A stretch of 64,000 nucleotides of DNA. Origin: Ginglymostoma cirratum (taxonomy: Eukaryota). Shown here piece by piece: positions 38,710-50,967 of this stretch (position 1 is its first letter; every line of letters starts with the position of its first letter). The stretch is taken from positions 40,685,405-40,749,404 of the forward strand of contig JAHRHZ010000062.1 of assembly GCA_024137785.1 (NCBI GenBank), written 5' to 3'. The position numbers were made by a program, and so were the translations under genes. The notes below the pieces were generated by a model. That model had not been told where the DNA came from, searched no databases, and saw nothing but the letters and a program-made list of their open reading frames with translations.

Positions 38710-39563
38710 GTGGGTTTGCAGTCATCATGTGCATAACTCGATAAATTCCTCCTGTAGGAATCTAACTGTCATGTTAGGTGGGACTATCTAATACATGAAG
38801 TGGGAAATGCATAACTCTGCCTGACTCAACTGTGTGGGTTATATAATCTTAACAAGCTATGGTCACCAGTGAATCAAGTAGACACCAATTACCTTAGAGG
38901 TACTATAAATTATGTTTGATGAGTCACTATGTGATTAGTGATTTCTGTGTGTCCCAGCTGATAACTTACCTCAATATCTTCAGGTACGGTTGTCCTCTGT
39001 CTTAATTCCTTCACAGGATGAGGGCGTCTCTGGCCTGGCCAGCATTTATTACCCATTTCTAATTGTCTGGACGGCAGTTAATGTTGCTGTGCATCTGGAG
39101 TCAAATGTAGGCCAGAACATGTATAGATGGCAGTTTCCTTCCCTAAAAAGCATTAGAGAACCAGTTGGGTTTTTCTGACAAGCAACAATGATTTCACGTC
39201 TTAATTAGACTGCTAATGCCAGATATTTATTGAGTACAAATTCCAACATCTGCCATGGCATGATATGAACCCAGGCCCCCAGAACATCACCAGGGTCTCA
39301 GGATTTATAGTTTAGTGGTAATACCACAGGCCAGCAATTCCCTGATCAACAGATTTCAGATCAGGCTGATCAAAGATCATGATTCCAGCATGGAATGTTC
39401 TGCCCTCCGTAATTAGTGTGAAGACTTTTTTCAATCTTAAGTTGATATGGCTGAGACTGGCCAAGGTAGCATGGATGTCCCAGTTGATGAGAATTGTTGC
39501 AATAACCTATGCAGTGCTCTTGGTATTTGTTTGTAATGTGCACTTTTATGGTTTTGATTGCAG

Positions 39564-39665
39564 GCACAGGGTGGTTGGCTACAGCATGACTTTGGACACC
39601 TCTCCGTGTTTAGCAAGTCCAAGTGGAACCATATTGTTCACAAATTTATCATTGGCCACCTGAAA
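39564..39665 (+). CDS. FADS1: FADS1 exon 4 (His box 1, HDFGH)
   Basis: tgcag|GCA...AAA|gtgagt, 102 nt; [34 protein letters not shown]. Confidence 0.97.
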
Positions 39666-40560
39666 GTGAGTCACACTGTATGTGGAGTTTACTGTACTAC
39701 AATGTTGCTAATCCACCATAACTCCTGTATCAAACAATCTTTTTCCGGTAGTATGTGTCTCTCTAACTTCTCACTTCCTGTCCTATGTTTAGTATCTCTG
39801 TCTAATCATTGCTCTCATGCTTTCTTTTCTTTTCTCTCTCTCTCTCTATCTCTTTCTCCTCACATTTCCACCCGTCTTATGTGCCTTTTTGATCTCCAAG
39901 GCCGGTAAACTGTTTGAAGAAACTTTGCCAGAAAACATCTCACAAAATCATGCAATGAAACCACAATGAAATTCCTGACTTACTTCTGCTCATTCCCCCT
40001 GTTTCCGTATTATTTTCTGTCCCTCATTGTCTCTTTCTGATCAGCTGCTGTTTGTCTTTTTTTATGTTGCCTTCCGTTTCTCTCTTGCTGTCCATGTATT
40101 TGTGTCAGTCTCTCGTGCACCATTTTTCTTGCTGTCTGTCTTTCTCGAACGCTGACCGTGCAAATTCCCTATGAATGCCAGTAATTTTCTATGTAGACAG
40201 ACCTAATGCCAATTTTACCTGTAGTTGTTTGCACTGTATACTTGCCCCATTGCAATTTACCCAATGGAACTTGAAATAATGCCAAAGAACATGCAGTCTC
40301 ATTAACTTGTTTTGGTTGGCTGAGCTTCATGTGGCTGAGAACAGATTTGATCCCTAGTAGGTGGAAATCTCTGGATCTCTGCTGACTTAATAGTAGGGGC
40401 ATTGCAGGTGGCCTCAGTGCCTTTTGGATTAGGGAACAGAGAAGTTACTCTAGTCTGGAGATGTGGAGGCCAATCAGATCATCCCTTGCGCTGATCAAGA
40501 AAAACAAACGTTTGCTTGTCTGGCTTTTCAGTGAAGACAGGTCTTTTAAATTGAATAACT

Positions 40561-40827
40561 ACATTGTGGAGGCAGGCCATTCAGCCCATCAAGCCCACGT
40601 TCCTTCTAAAGAGCAGTCCACTCAGACCCACCCTATCCCTGTACCCTGAATGGCCAATCCACCTAACCTGCACATCTTTGGACTGTGGGAGGAAACTGGA
40701 GCACCCAGAGGAAACATGCGCAGACAAGGGGAGAATGTGCAAACTACACACAAATCTGAGACTGGAATTGATCTCAGGTCCCTGATGCTATGAGGCAACA
40801 GTGCTAACCATTGAGCCATCATGCCGC
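40561..40827 (-). mobile_element. HE1/V-SINE with internal deletion
   Basis: Reverse-complement match to the 53900 copy. Confidence 0.88.
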
Positions 40828-41154
40828 TGTGATGACACTTGTCAATGAGGCTTGGGGATAACTGTTGAAGGGCAGTTGATACCTTTGAACTCATACCCTA
40901 GGAAGAGCCAAAGTCATGAAGGGAAAATTGTTATTCCCTTTTCTTTCTCACTGTTGAGAGAGGCTGATCCCCAGAACACCAATGTTAAGATTTGCAGGGC
41001 TGGTGGGGGGAATCCAAAGGAATTCATGCTAATGGTTGTGTGAGCTCAGTTTGGGGGCTTAAATGATGTGTGCAGTATATTTGAAATTCTGAGGGTGTTT
41101 TCGGCTTTGATCCTCTTAAGTTGATCATTTCTCTTTCTTTTTCTCTGGTGACAG

Positions 41155-41283
41155 GGTGCCCCAGCCAGCTGGTGGAACCACCTCCACTTTCAGCATCATG
41201 CCAAGCCCAATTGCTTCCGCAAAGACCCTGACATCAACATGCATCCCATCTTCTTTGTCTTGGGAAAGAAGCTCCCAATTGAG
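41155..41283 (+). CDS. FADS1: FADS1 exon 5 (His box 2, HFQHH); GC donor
   Basis: gacag|GGT...GAG|gcaagt, 129 nt; [43 protein letters not shown] (GAPASWW and [14 protein letters not shown] are FADS1-diagnostic). Confidence 0.95.
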
Positions 41284-41769
41284 GCAAGTAGATCACAGAT
41301 GCCCAGTCAGCTGCTTGATATCTTCCTGGCAGGACTTATAGAAACTGTTGAGGTTGGTAGGATACAAGCAGAAAGAGTGAGGGAGGTGCTGCAAGAAGTA
41401 TGGAGGAACTTCATGGTTATGAATAGCAGGATGGGGTATCTGGGAATTGAGGCTATGGGGTGTGGCTGCAAATGGTTTTGAGGGAAGTATGTGCCTGTGG
41501 ACGGAAAGAGATGCTCAAGTATTCATGGTGGAATATAAGCGATGTCCAGCAAAGGAAAAGTGTTTGGAATTTGGTCTGGATGGGTGCTTGGGAATAATCA
41601 GTGGTTGGTGAAGTGGTGCTTAGAGTGGGGACAGGTTGAGTTGGCATGAGCAGTGTCCAGGGAGGAGAACGACCCAGAGTGAGGGAAGGGGGAAGGGTAG
41701 CTGATGGGATTGAGACAGGTACAGTAGAGAGAGGAGATGTTCCCAAGAGATCGATAGAGGAAGATGTTT

Positions 41770-43036
41770 TGTGGAGGGGAGATCATGCCTTACTAACTTA
41801 ATAGAGTTCTTTGAGGAAGTGACCAAGTTGATAGCTGAAGGAAGGGCTGTAGATGTCATCTACATGGACTTTAGTAAGGCGTTTGATAAGGTTCCCCATC
41901 GTAAACTAACGGAGAAAGCGAAGTCACATGGTGTGCAGGGTGTTCTAGCTAGGTGGATAAAGAACTGGTTGAGCAACAGGAGACAGAGAGTAGTAGTTGA
42001 AGGGAGTTTCTCGAAATGGAGAAAGGTGACCAGTGGTGTTCCACAGGGATCAGTGCTGGGGCCACTGTTGTTTGTGATATACATAAATGATCTGGAAGAG
42101 GGCATAAGTGGTCTGATCAGTAAGTTTGCAGATGACACGAAGATTGGGGGAGTAGCAGAAAGCATAGGGGATTGTCAAAGAATACAGGAGAATATAGGTA
42201 GACTGGAGAGTTGGGCGGAGAAGTGGCAGATGGAGTTCAATCCGGGCAAGTGTGAGGTGATGCATTTTGGGAGGTCTAATTCTAGAGCGAACTATACTGT
42301 AAACGGAAGAGCCTTGGGAAAAGTTGATGAGCAGAGAGATCTGGGAGTTCAGGTCCATTGTACCCTGAAGGTGGCTGCACAGGTGGATAGAGTGGTCAAG
42401 AAGGCATATGGTATGCTTGCCTTCATCGGACGGGGTATTTAGTATAAGAGCTGGCAGGTCATGTTAAAATTGTACAAGACTTTGGTTCGGCCGCATTTAG
42501 AATACTGTGTACAGTTCTGGTCGCCACATTACCAAAAGGATGTGGAAGCTTTGGAGAGGGTACAGAGAAGGTTTACGAGGATGTTGCCTGGTATGGAAGG
42601 TGCTAGCTATGAAGACAGGTTGAGTAGGTTAGGATTGTTTTCATTAGAAAAAAGGAGATTGAGGGGGGACCTGATTGAGGTCTTCAAAATCATGAAAGGT
42701 GTAGACAGGGTTGATAGAGATAAGCTTTTTCCCAGGGTGAGGGATTCGATAACGAGGGGTCACGCGTTCAAGATGAGAGGAGAAAAGTTTAAGGGGGATA
42801 CACGCGGAAAGTACTTCACACAGAGGGTGGTAGGTGCCTGGAACGCGTTGCCAGCAGAGGTAGTAGAGGCAGGCATGGTAGATTCATTTAAGGTGCGTCT
42901 GGGGAGCAGAGGGATACAGATCCTTAGGAATTAGGCGATAGGTTTAGACAGTGGATTTGGATCGGCACAGGCTTGGAGGGCCGAAGGGCCAGTTCCTGGG
43001 CTGTAAGTTTTCTTTGTTCTTTGTTCTTTGTTCTAT
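41770..43036 (+). mobile_element. Young 5'-truncated CR1 LINE
   Basis: ORFs 41771-42442 and 42461-42934 are one frame broken by a single TAG; KFADDTK; (TTCTTTG)n tail at about 43010-43034. Confidence 0.96.
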
Positions 43037-44328
43037 GAGTGATGGCGACCAGAGAGTGACTCCACATTAAAGTTAATATGTTTAAAAACTAAGCTTCTGG
43101 ATTACAACTTTAGAATTGAATTTTAGACCTGATTTTTCTAACCCTGGGAAAATCAGTCTTGAGATGGGAGCCTTACCTCTTGTACAGTTTTGAGTACAAA
43201 AGAATTGAGGAATATAGAAATAGAGTGGAAAGGTAGAGTTTGAGGTAGAAGATTAGCTATGATTTTGGCTCAGTAGTTGAACAAAGCTTGAAGGGTGAAA
43301 TCATCTACTCCAGCTTGTGTTTGTATGTTTAGTGTGAGACCCATATTTACAGATAGAAAGGCTGGAACCGTGTATGGGAAATTACAGGGATGATTTCTGC
43401 CTCTTGGGTACATGTTGCCATAGTGAGATGCACTATGTAGTTCCTGCAACTGGGACAGGGAATTGATTGGCACATCAAATCATTCCCAGGACTTCAACTA
43501 GGGCAAAACAACTGTACTTGCTTTAAATAATGTGAGTCGAAACAAGTAATTTTGCTGTTCCTCTGTGTATATTTGACACTAGGTGCTATAGGAGCACGAA
43601 CTGACAGTAAAAACTTTTTAAACAGCACCTTCCAAAGCAGTGACCTCCATAATCAAGAAGATCAAGCAAAGTAGGTGCACAGCAACACCAGCAAATGCAT
43701 GTTCCATTCTCATACCATTCTAGGTTGGACATATCTCACGGTACCTTCACTGCTGCCAGACCTCTCTACCTAGTGACACTGAGAGAGTTGTCTCATTACA
43801 TGGCAGCAGTGGTCAAGAAGATTTGCAACCTCTTCCAACTATAAAATGGATAATAATTGCCAGTCTTGCTAGTGATACCTACATACTGAGAGAGATTTTT
43901 AAAAAACTAATGAATTCATTCGGAAGTACTTGGCTGAATAAAACAAAGTATGAAGTATGGCTAGTTACAGTTTTGTTGAGTCAATGACTGTATGTTACTG
44001 AGATTATGAAAGTGCCAGGTTGGAAAACAATTTAAACACAGGCATAGATTTTATGAATTAGTGTTCCCACAGAGTATGTTGCATATCAGCTCCATGTATT
44101 AGGAATTTGGACTTGGAAATCGGTGTAACCCATTGAATTTGAAAACTAATGAATGATAACAGTGACATATACTGATTTCTCAGCCTGGATTGCCAGCATA
44201 CACTCCCAACATATGAAGCTGTACACCTGAAGTACAAAATCATAATATCCAATATTATGCCTTGATTTTTATTATCATGTATGCACAAGATGATCATTCA
44301 AGTCTTTTCTTTCTTTCCTTCAACCCAG

Positions 44329-44389
44329 GTGGGAATGCAGAAAAAGAAGTATATGCCATACCAATACCAACACAAGTATTTTTTCCTGA
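44329..44389 (+). CDS. FADS1: FADS1 exon 6
   Basis: cccag|GTG...CTGA|gtaagt, 61 nt; VGMQKKKYMPYQYQHKYFFL. Confidence 0.96.
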
Positions 44390-47300
44390 GTAAGTCATTT
44401 GCATAGAATTACTTGGAATATGTAGGTACACTGCACGTCCCTGCAAGTCTTCTCAACTACATCTTATAGTAGAGAATTCCACATACAAACAACTCTCTGA
44501 GTAATAAACAAAAAAAAATTTTCCTTAAATATCTGGTAGGTTTATTAGTGGCAATTTATTTTTGCTATTTAGTTCTAGTGTCCCATGTCAGCCTTATTAA
44601 ATCCTTCCATAATCTTAAAGGCCTCTATCAGGTCACTTCCACAGTCACAATTTTTCTAGAGAAAGGAGCTCACCTTGTTCAGCCTTTCCTTTTAAAGTAT
44701 TACCTCTCAGTCTTAGTGTAACATTTGGATTTTTGTTTTCATCTAGTCCAGTAGCTTCATGTTTTCGTAATGTAAAAACAACTATTCACAGTACTGTAAA
44801 CTATGTTTTAATCAAGGTTTTTGTACAGGTTTAACATAACTTCTGTATTTTCCAATTGTAACCCTCTAAAAGTGACCCCTAGATTTTGTTTTTTTTAAAT
44901 GGCTTAAACCACTTTATTACTCACAATATCATATAGACCAGATGAAGTTCACCATCTATCTGGTTTCAAATGGTTGCACTAAATAAAAAGACTGCATAGT
45001 AAAGGGCAGTTAGAAAGGGCTCCCTGTAAAGTACTTATCCTGAACTCTTTCTAAACCCTGCCCCAATGTCCTGGTCATTTGTGCCATTTAGACTTGTTGT
45101 CCATGTTGGAACAGCTAAATTGCAGCCCCTCTCATTTATCTGTAATAAAATATATTTGCTAATTATACACCAATTCTGTAAGTTTATTAACATCTTTCAG
45201 GTTTGAAAATCATGGGACATTTAGAAATAATGGTTAGAAAGCCCCTTCACTGTGTATTTACACTGCTGCTGTGAGTGTACCCAAAGCAGGCCTCTCATAC
45301 ATCATATATCATAAGCTTTGAGTAAGTTTTGAAGCTGTGATAAATGGCAACTTAAAATAAAACTGTTAGCCACTTCCAGAATGAATTCTTTCAAGACTTG
45401 TGTCTGCTCTTTCATTCTAAGCCCTGAGTCTTTTTCCCACATCAGGGACTCATTAATGATGCTTTAACTTGAACTAGATATTCTGACAATGCAGTGTTTT
45501 TTTCACTCGGAGGACAACAATGGACAGCGAGGAAACTGAGCATCCTCTGGTGTGAAATTGTTCAAGTTCAGACTTGCCCTCCTTAAAAGTGGTGTGGAAT
45601 GTGGCATGAAGGACAAAGAATCAGACTGTGGCAACAGGGAGATATTACCATCTTTCTGCCACCTCAGAAATTAAATTCTGGGAAGGAATGTCTGTGGTTG
45701 AGCGTCCTGACCCACTACCAACTGACACCCTTCAGTGGTCAATCACCAACCACTTAGAGGTGCAATCCCATGTTACTTCAGCTCCAGGCAAGAGAAAAAG
45801 AAGCTGGCCTACCAGTCCAGTCAGATAGTGCAGGAAGGATGCCAATTTGTAGGCTAGTGGGTAGATCCTTCACTCTACACTCAATTTTGCAATGTCAAGG
45901 ATCTTGTCCCAGGGCCTGGTGTGCCCTCTGAGGAACATCCCTTTCCCTCGCTTCAGACACCCCTCCACCTCCTCTCCCCACAGCTTCCCAAACCTGGAAC
46001 CTGCCCCAAGCAACACTTGCTTTTCCTTCTGCTGATCCCTACCGAGAGATTCAGGGGGAGCTGTCGTTAGCAGCCGTGGTCTCTGTCGCAGATTCCTGGA
46101 CATCCCTGCCTCTGATTGGTCAGTAGCTCCATGCAGGTGGGGCTTCCTAGGCCAAATTCAAAATTCGGGTAGAAAGCCCCCACAGCCAATCAAATGGCTG
46201 ATTGACACTTGACCCTATGGGCTTTCTCACAAAAGTATACCACGGACTGGGAAATCCCAGCCTCCATAAAAGCATCATTATTTATTCTGGCACTCTATTC
46301 CTATTTATAGCCAACTGTAACTTGCAAGTTTCAGTTCACAACAAGTTTGGGTTATTCTATAGAAACTGTTTTTAATGTTAACTCAAATAGAAGAATTGGA
46401 AAGGGCACAAATTGTAACCATTAAAAGCAGGAATTTCACCACAAAAACACCCTATTATAAAATTGATGAGACCTGGATAAAAAGGCAAAGGGAAATATTA
46501 ATTTAACAGTTGGGGATCTTTCCTTCATTTGGCTGCACAGGAGTTACATCTCACTTCTCTGCTGCTTAGCAGAGACGAATTCCACAGATTAGACAGATAA
46601 ACTTGGCATTTAATGATCAGATTAGAACACTATGCCCCGTTAATGTTAAGGGTAAGGGATTACAAGTAGCCCTTTACTGTGCAGTCTTTTTCTTTAGTGC
46701 AACCATTTGAAACTAGGTAGATGGTGAACTTCATCTGGTCTATGTGATATTGTGAAGAATAAAGTGGTTAATAAAAATTAAAACAGGAGGAATTAGCATC
46801 GAGCGCTTCTGAGAAACCAGACCTGCCAGAGGACGCCATTGCTCTTTAGTGAAAGTATTACTCTCAGCAGCGCTGGTGCCCTTCACTGATCTCCGGATCT
46901 GGCCCCAGACAGTCTCACACTTAGTCTCTGTTATTTCGGATCTCCTGATGTGTCTGGCTGTGGTGAGATTTCTTTCCCTCCCCATTGATTGGCCAGCTTC
47001 CTCTCCTGACTTCCCTGTAAATTAAGCCGGTGTTAAGAGAGTGGATTTCCTATGTTTACCTCACAAAGACGGGAGCCTGTCAACCGTGTGAGATTTGCTC
47101 AGACATGTATTTGTTGTGTATTAATTAATTTCAAGGGTATGTACATGAAACTACAAAATGTGACATGAACTTTTTAGAAGCTATATGCTGGTCTTTGCGC
47201 TTTTTGACACAAAAGTCTGACTTTACAATCTGATGAGTTTATAACTTTCACTGTTGAATAAAGTTCCTTGTGCAAACATTTGATTTGTTTTTTCCTCCAT

Positions 47301-47689
47301 TTCTCTCCTTTTCTCCTCTCTCTGAATGTATTCATGTTTTCTTAGTTTTGATTCTGTGGTATTTGGCTGGCCCAAAGTGATTTTTCACATATGTGAGCCA
47401 AGACTTTGACTGCCAGCATGCTGTTTGGCTATGGAGGGCATTACAATTGAGCATGATCTTGTCTTTACCCAACATTGCAATCTGTACACGTGTTATTAGT
47501 TGCTGAACAGGAGCTGGAAATGTCTGATTCTCCCTTTGTTATAGCAGATGCACTGAGGTGGGTTGTTTCTGCCCTGTGGCTGAGCAAATTCACCACAGAC
47601 TACAGTTTGAACCTGTAATTCTTCTTTTTTTTGGTTCACTGAGGTTATCCCTGTGCTTGGCAATGACTGTAATTGTAATACCTCATTGC

Positions 47690-48420
47690 CATAGAGCTAT
47701 AAAAAGTTGTAGCACAGAAAAAGACCACTTTGCCCATTGTGTTTGCGCTGACTGAGAAAAAAATTAGCAGTCCATTCTAATCCCACCCTCTGACATCTGG
47801 TCCATAGCTTTCCAGGTTCCAGCATATCAGGTGCAGGTCCAGGAATATTTGCATGAGGAGAGGTTTTCTGCCTCCATCACCAAACCAGCCAGTGAATTCC
47901 ACGCATTCATTATCATCTGTGTAAAAAAGCCATTTTCTTTATTCTTCTACAAACCAGCTTATATCTGTGACTTCCTCTAGGGGAAACAGGTCTTCCATGT
48001 TCACTCCTTCCAAGTGCCTCATTATTTTGTACACCTCAATTAAGTCAAACCTCAGACTCCTCTGTTCTAAGGAATCCAACCCTAGCCTATTCAATCTTTC
48101 CTCATACCTGCAATTTTCAAGCCCTGGCATCATTCTTCTAAATCTGTATTCTTATCCAAAGTAATTTTGTCCTTCCTGCAGTGTGGTGACCAGAACTATG
48201 TGCATAACTGTGAACTAACCAGAATTTTACACAGTTCCAGCATCGCATCCCTGCATTTGTATTCTATGCCTCATACAGTAAAGGAAAGATTTAAAGGAAA
48301 AGAATGCTTTCAGTACCATCTTTGTCTACCTGTTCTGCCACCTTTAAGGAACTGTGGCATGCACTCCAGGGTGTCTCATTTCCTCTATCCTCTCTTAATA
48401 TCCCCCCCATTTATTGTGCA
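47690..48420 (-). mobile_element. Decayed CR1 3' part
   Basis: ORF 47939-48133 (YEERLNRLGL..LEQRSLRFDLIEVYKIM). Confidence 0.85.
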
Positions 48421-49039
48421 GTCCAGAGATAGCAGGTTGGGCAGTCAGGGTAATGTTGGGGCATAGGTCAGGAAGGGTGCTTACCTCTTTGAGACAAAGG
48501 AAGTGATTGAGTATAATGGAAGTGGATGTAAGAAGAGTTAGTGGTGATGTATGAGCAGGAGATAGGTCTCCAATTTGTGAGTAGGACATGCAAAGGACAG
48601 TAGGGATGAGCAGTTGGGAGAATGAAGTAGGTGTGAGCCCTTGATTGAACATTGATTCATGGAATACTGACAGTTATTGTCCCTGAGCCTTGGTCAGAAT
48701 CCTGTATAGTGACACAGTTAAATCTAATTCTGGTGTTTGATGAGGTAGCGGAGAGAAGATGGTGGCACTTACCTTTGTGGCATTCAGAAGACTTCATTAA
48801 TTATGTAAATGAGAAGTTGGCTGTATTCTTCAGGGAATCTGTTGCAAGTGAGGCAGAAATAGCCACCATTTGTGAGATCTTCCAGCTTCTATTCTTTTGA
48901 CACCATATTTAAAGGCCAGCTGCATACATTCAAATGTTGCAAGCCAGGAATCACCCTTCATACTGTGGCACTTAATAATGACAATGGAAAGGCAAGCTAT
49001 CTCCCGAGAACAGTGATCTAGAGGTGTGGTGGACAGGGT

Positions 49040-49352
49040 TTTGATTTGATTTAATACTCTCAAATGTACCAAGATACAGTGAAAAGTTGTCTTATGTGCT
49101 TTACAGGCAGATAGGGCAATACAAGTGCATCAGGGTAACAGAACAGAGTGCAGAAGACAGTGTTACAGCTTCTGAGAAGGTGCAGTGAGAGATCAACATT
49201 AACATTTAAGAGGTCCATTCAAAAGTCTGATAACATCAGAATCTTGAATCTGTTCATACGTGTATTCAAACCTTTATATCTTCTGCCCAATGGAAGAAGG
49301 TGGAAGAGAGTATAACCAGGGTGACAGGGGTCTTTGATTTTGTTGGTTGCTT
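49040..49352 (-). mobile_element. Rex1/Babar-type LINE 3' fragment
   Basis: IKDPCHPGYTLFHLLPLGRRYKGLNTRMNRFK matches the Rex-Babar C-terminal DPSHP...LLPSGRRYR...RFK motif. Confidence 0.8.
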
Positions 49353-49410
49353 GGAGAGCAGCCCTGTTCCTTGCTGACCAACAAAAAGGCCACATCAGCA
49401 GTTGTAGCCA

Positions 49411-49512
49411 GCCTGGACAGAAATTGCACTGCAGATCAGTGCTGTGTCCTGCAGCAAAAGGGACGTGCAATAGTGCCACAAGAAGGTCAACAATCTTCTG
49501 ACCTCTGTAAGG
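49411..49512 (+). mobile_element. Harbinger Myb/SANT-like DNA-binding protein relic
   Basis: AWTEIALQISAVSCSKRDVQ*CHKKVNNLLTSVR followed by donor-like gcaagt; fits the AWxEIA...RxxxQCxKKxNDL pattern. Confidence 0.6.
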
Positions 49513-49660
49513 GCAAGTGCCATCACCTTTCTCTGCCACCTCTCACCCAAGGGCCAGCACCCACACTCATACTGCTACTGCAAACACATCTCACCAAGGC
49601 TGATGGACAAAACCCTCCGCGTTGCATACATCATGCGGATGTATGCGGATGCATACATCA

Positions 49661-50145
49661 TTCACACGGATAATCCCTGGAATGGTAGGCCTAACGTACG
49701 ATGAACGGCTGAGGATCCTGGGATTGTATTCATTAGAGTTTAGAAGGTTGAGGGGAGATCTAATAGAAACTTACAAGATAATGCATGGCTTAGAAAGGGT
49801 GGAAGCTGGGAAGTTGTTTCCGTTAGGTGGGGATACTAGGACCCGTGGGCACAGCCTTAGAATTAGAGGGGGTCAATTTAGAACGGAAATGAGGAGACAT
49901 TTCTTCAGCCAGAGAGTGGTGGGCCTGTGGAATTCATTGCCACGGAGCGCAGTGGAGGCCGGGACGTTGAATGTCTTCAAGGCAGAGATTGATAAATTCT
50001 TGATCTCGCAAGGAATCAAGGGCTATGGGGAGAGTGCGGGTAAGTGGAGTTGAAATGCCCATCAGCCATAATTAAATGGCAGAGTGGACTCGATGGGCTG
50101 AATGGCCTTACTTCCACTCCTATGTCTTATGGTCTTATGGTCTTA
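49661..50145 (+). mobile_element. Young short CR1 3' fragment
   Basis: Open ORF2 C-terminus (FTRIIPGM...FFSQRVVGLWNSLP...KGYGESAGKWS*); (GGTCTTAT)n tail. Confidence 0.95.
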
Positions 50146-50890
50146 AGTGTTCACACCCACCTCAATCTCCCAAACTACTCACCCTTCCTGCTCTTTGCTT
50201 TCGAATCACTAAATGAGGACACATCTTCTGTTCATGCATGACCACAAATGGCTCTTCCATCACTTGTATCACAATCAGTCCTTCCCTTTAACTCACTGCA
50301 GTAAAAATTGCAGGACCCTCCTGGACTGATGTCTCAACAAACCCTGACTGACTGATCTGTAATTCCTGGACTAATTGCAGTTGATCTACAAGACTGACTG
50401 ATGCCAATCCCCCAAATTTTCATTGAATGAGCCCCTTGACTAACGGTGGCAATACCTCAACTCCGGGCACTTTTCAGGATTTAGGCCCATTCAAGAGTTT
50501 GTGTGATAATCAATCAGTAAGCATGGCCTGACTGGGATAGCCTTTGTCTTGAGGGTTGGCTTCAATGAGCTCTGTTTCCACATCAAGCTTGCTTGGTGAG
50601 CAAATGGCTCTGGCCCTATTTATGAGGTTGTGAATATAGCCAAATTAATAGCATGTGGAGCTGTAGGAATCCCAGTACATATATCGCCCAGGGAAAGTAG
50701 ACTTGCACTAGACAGTAGTGGAGAATTCATTGGCAGATTTCTCATTTAATGTTGAGAAATAGAAACAAGTGAGACTTGAACAGCTCCACGTCAAAGTTAA
50801 TGAGCTGGGATGGTGTCCATTGAGTTATGTAATGAAACTTCTACACCTTTTGTTTTGTTCTAAACACTTTGCTTTCTCATTTTGTCATAG

Positions 50891-50967
50891 TTGGACCTCC
50901 AGCACTACTCCCCCTTTACTTCCAATGGTACATCTTTTACTTTGCTGTACAGCGAAAGCAGTGGGTG
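50891..50967 (+). CDS. FADS1: FADS1 exon 7
   Basis: catag|TT GGA...GTG|gtgagt, 77 nt; (I)[25 protein letters not shown]. Confidence 0.97.

Noticed and set aside
36436-42358. Long ORFs antisense to the CR1s (36436-36897, 36668-37150, 41860-42165, 42050-42358)
   Set aside because: Shadow frames of CR1 ORF2.
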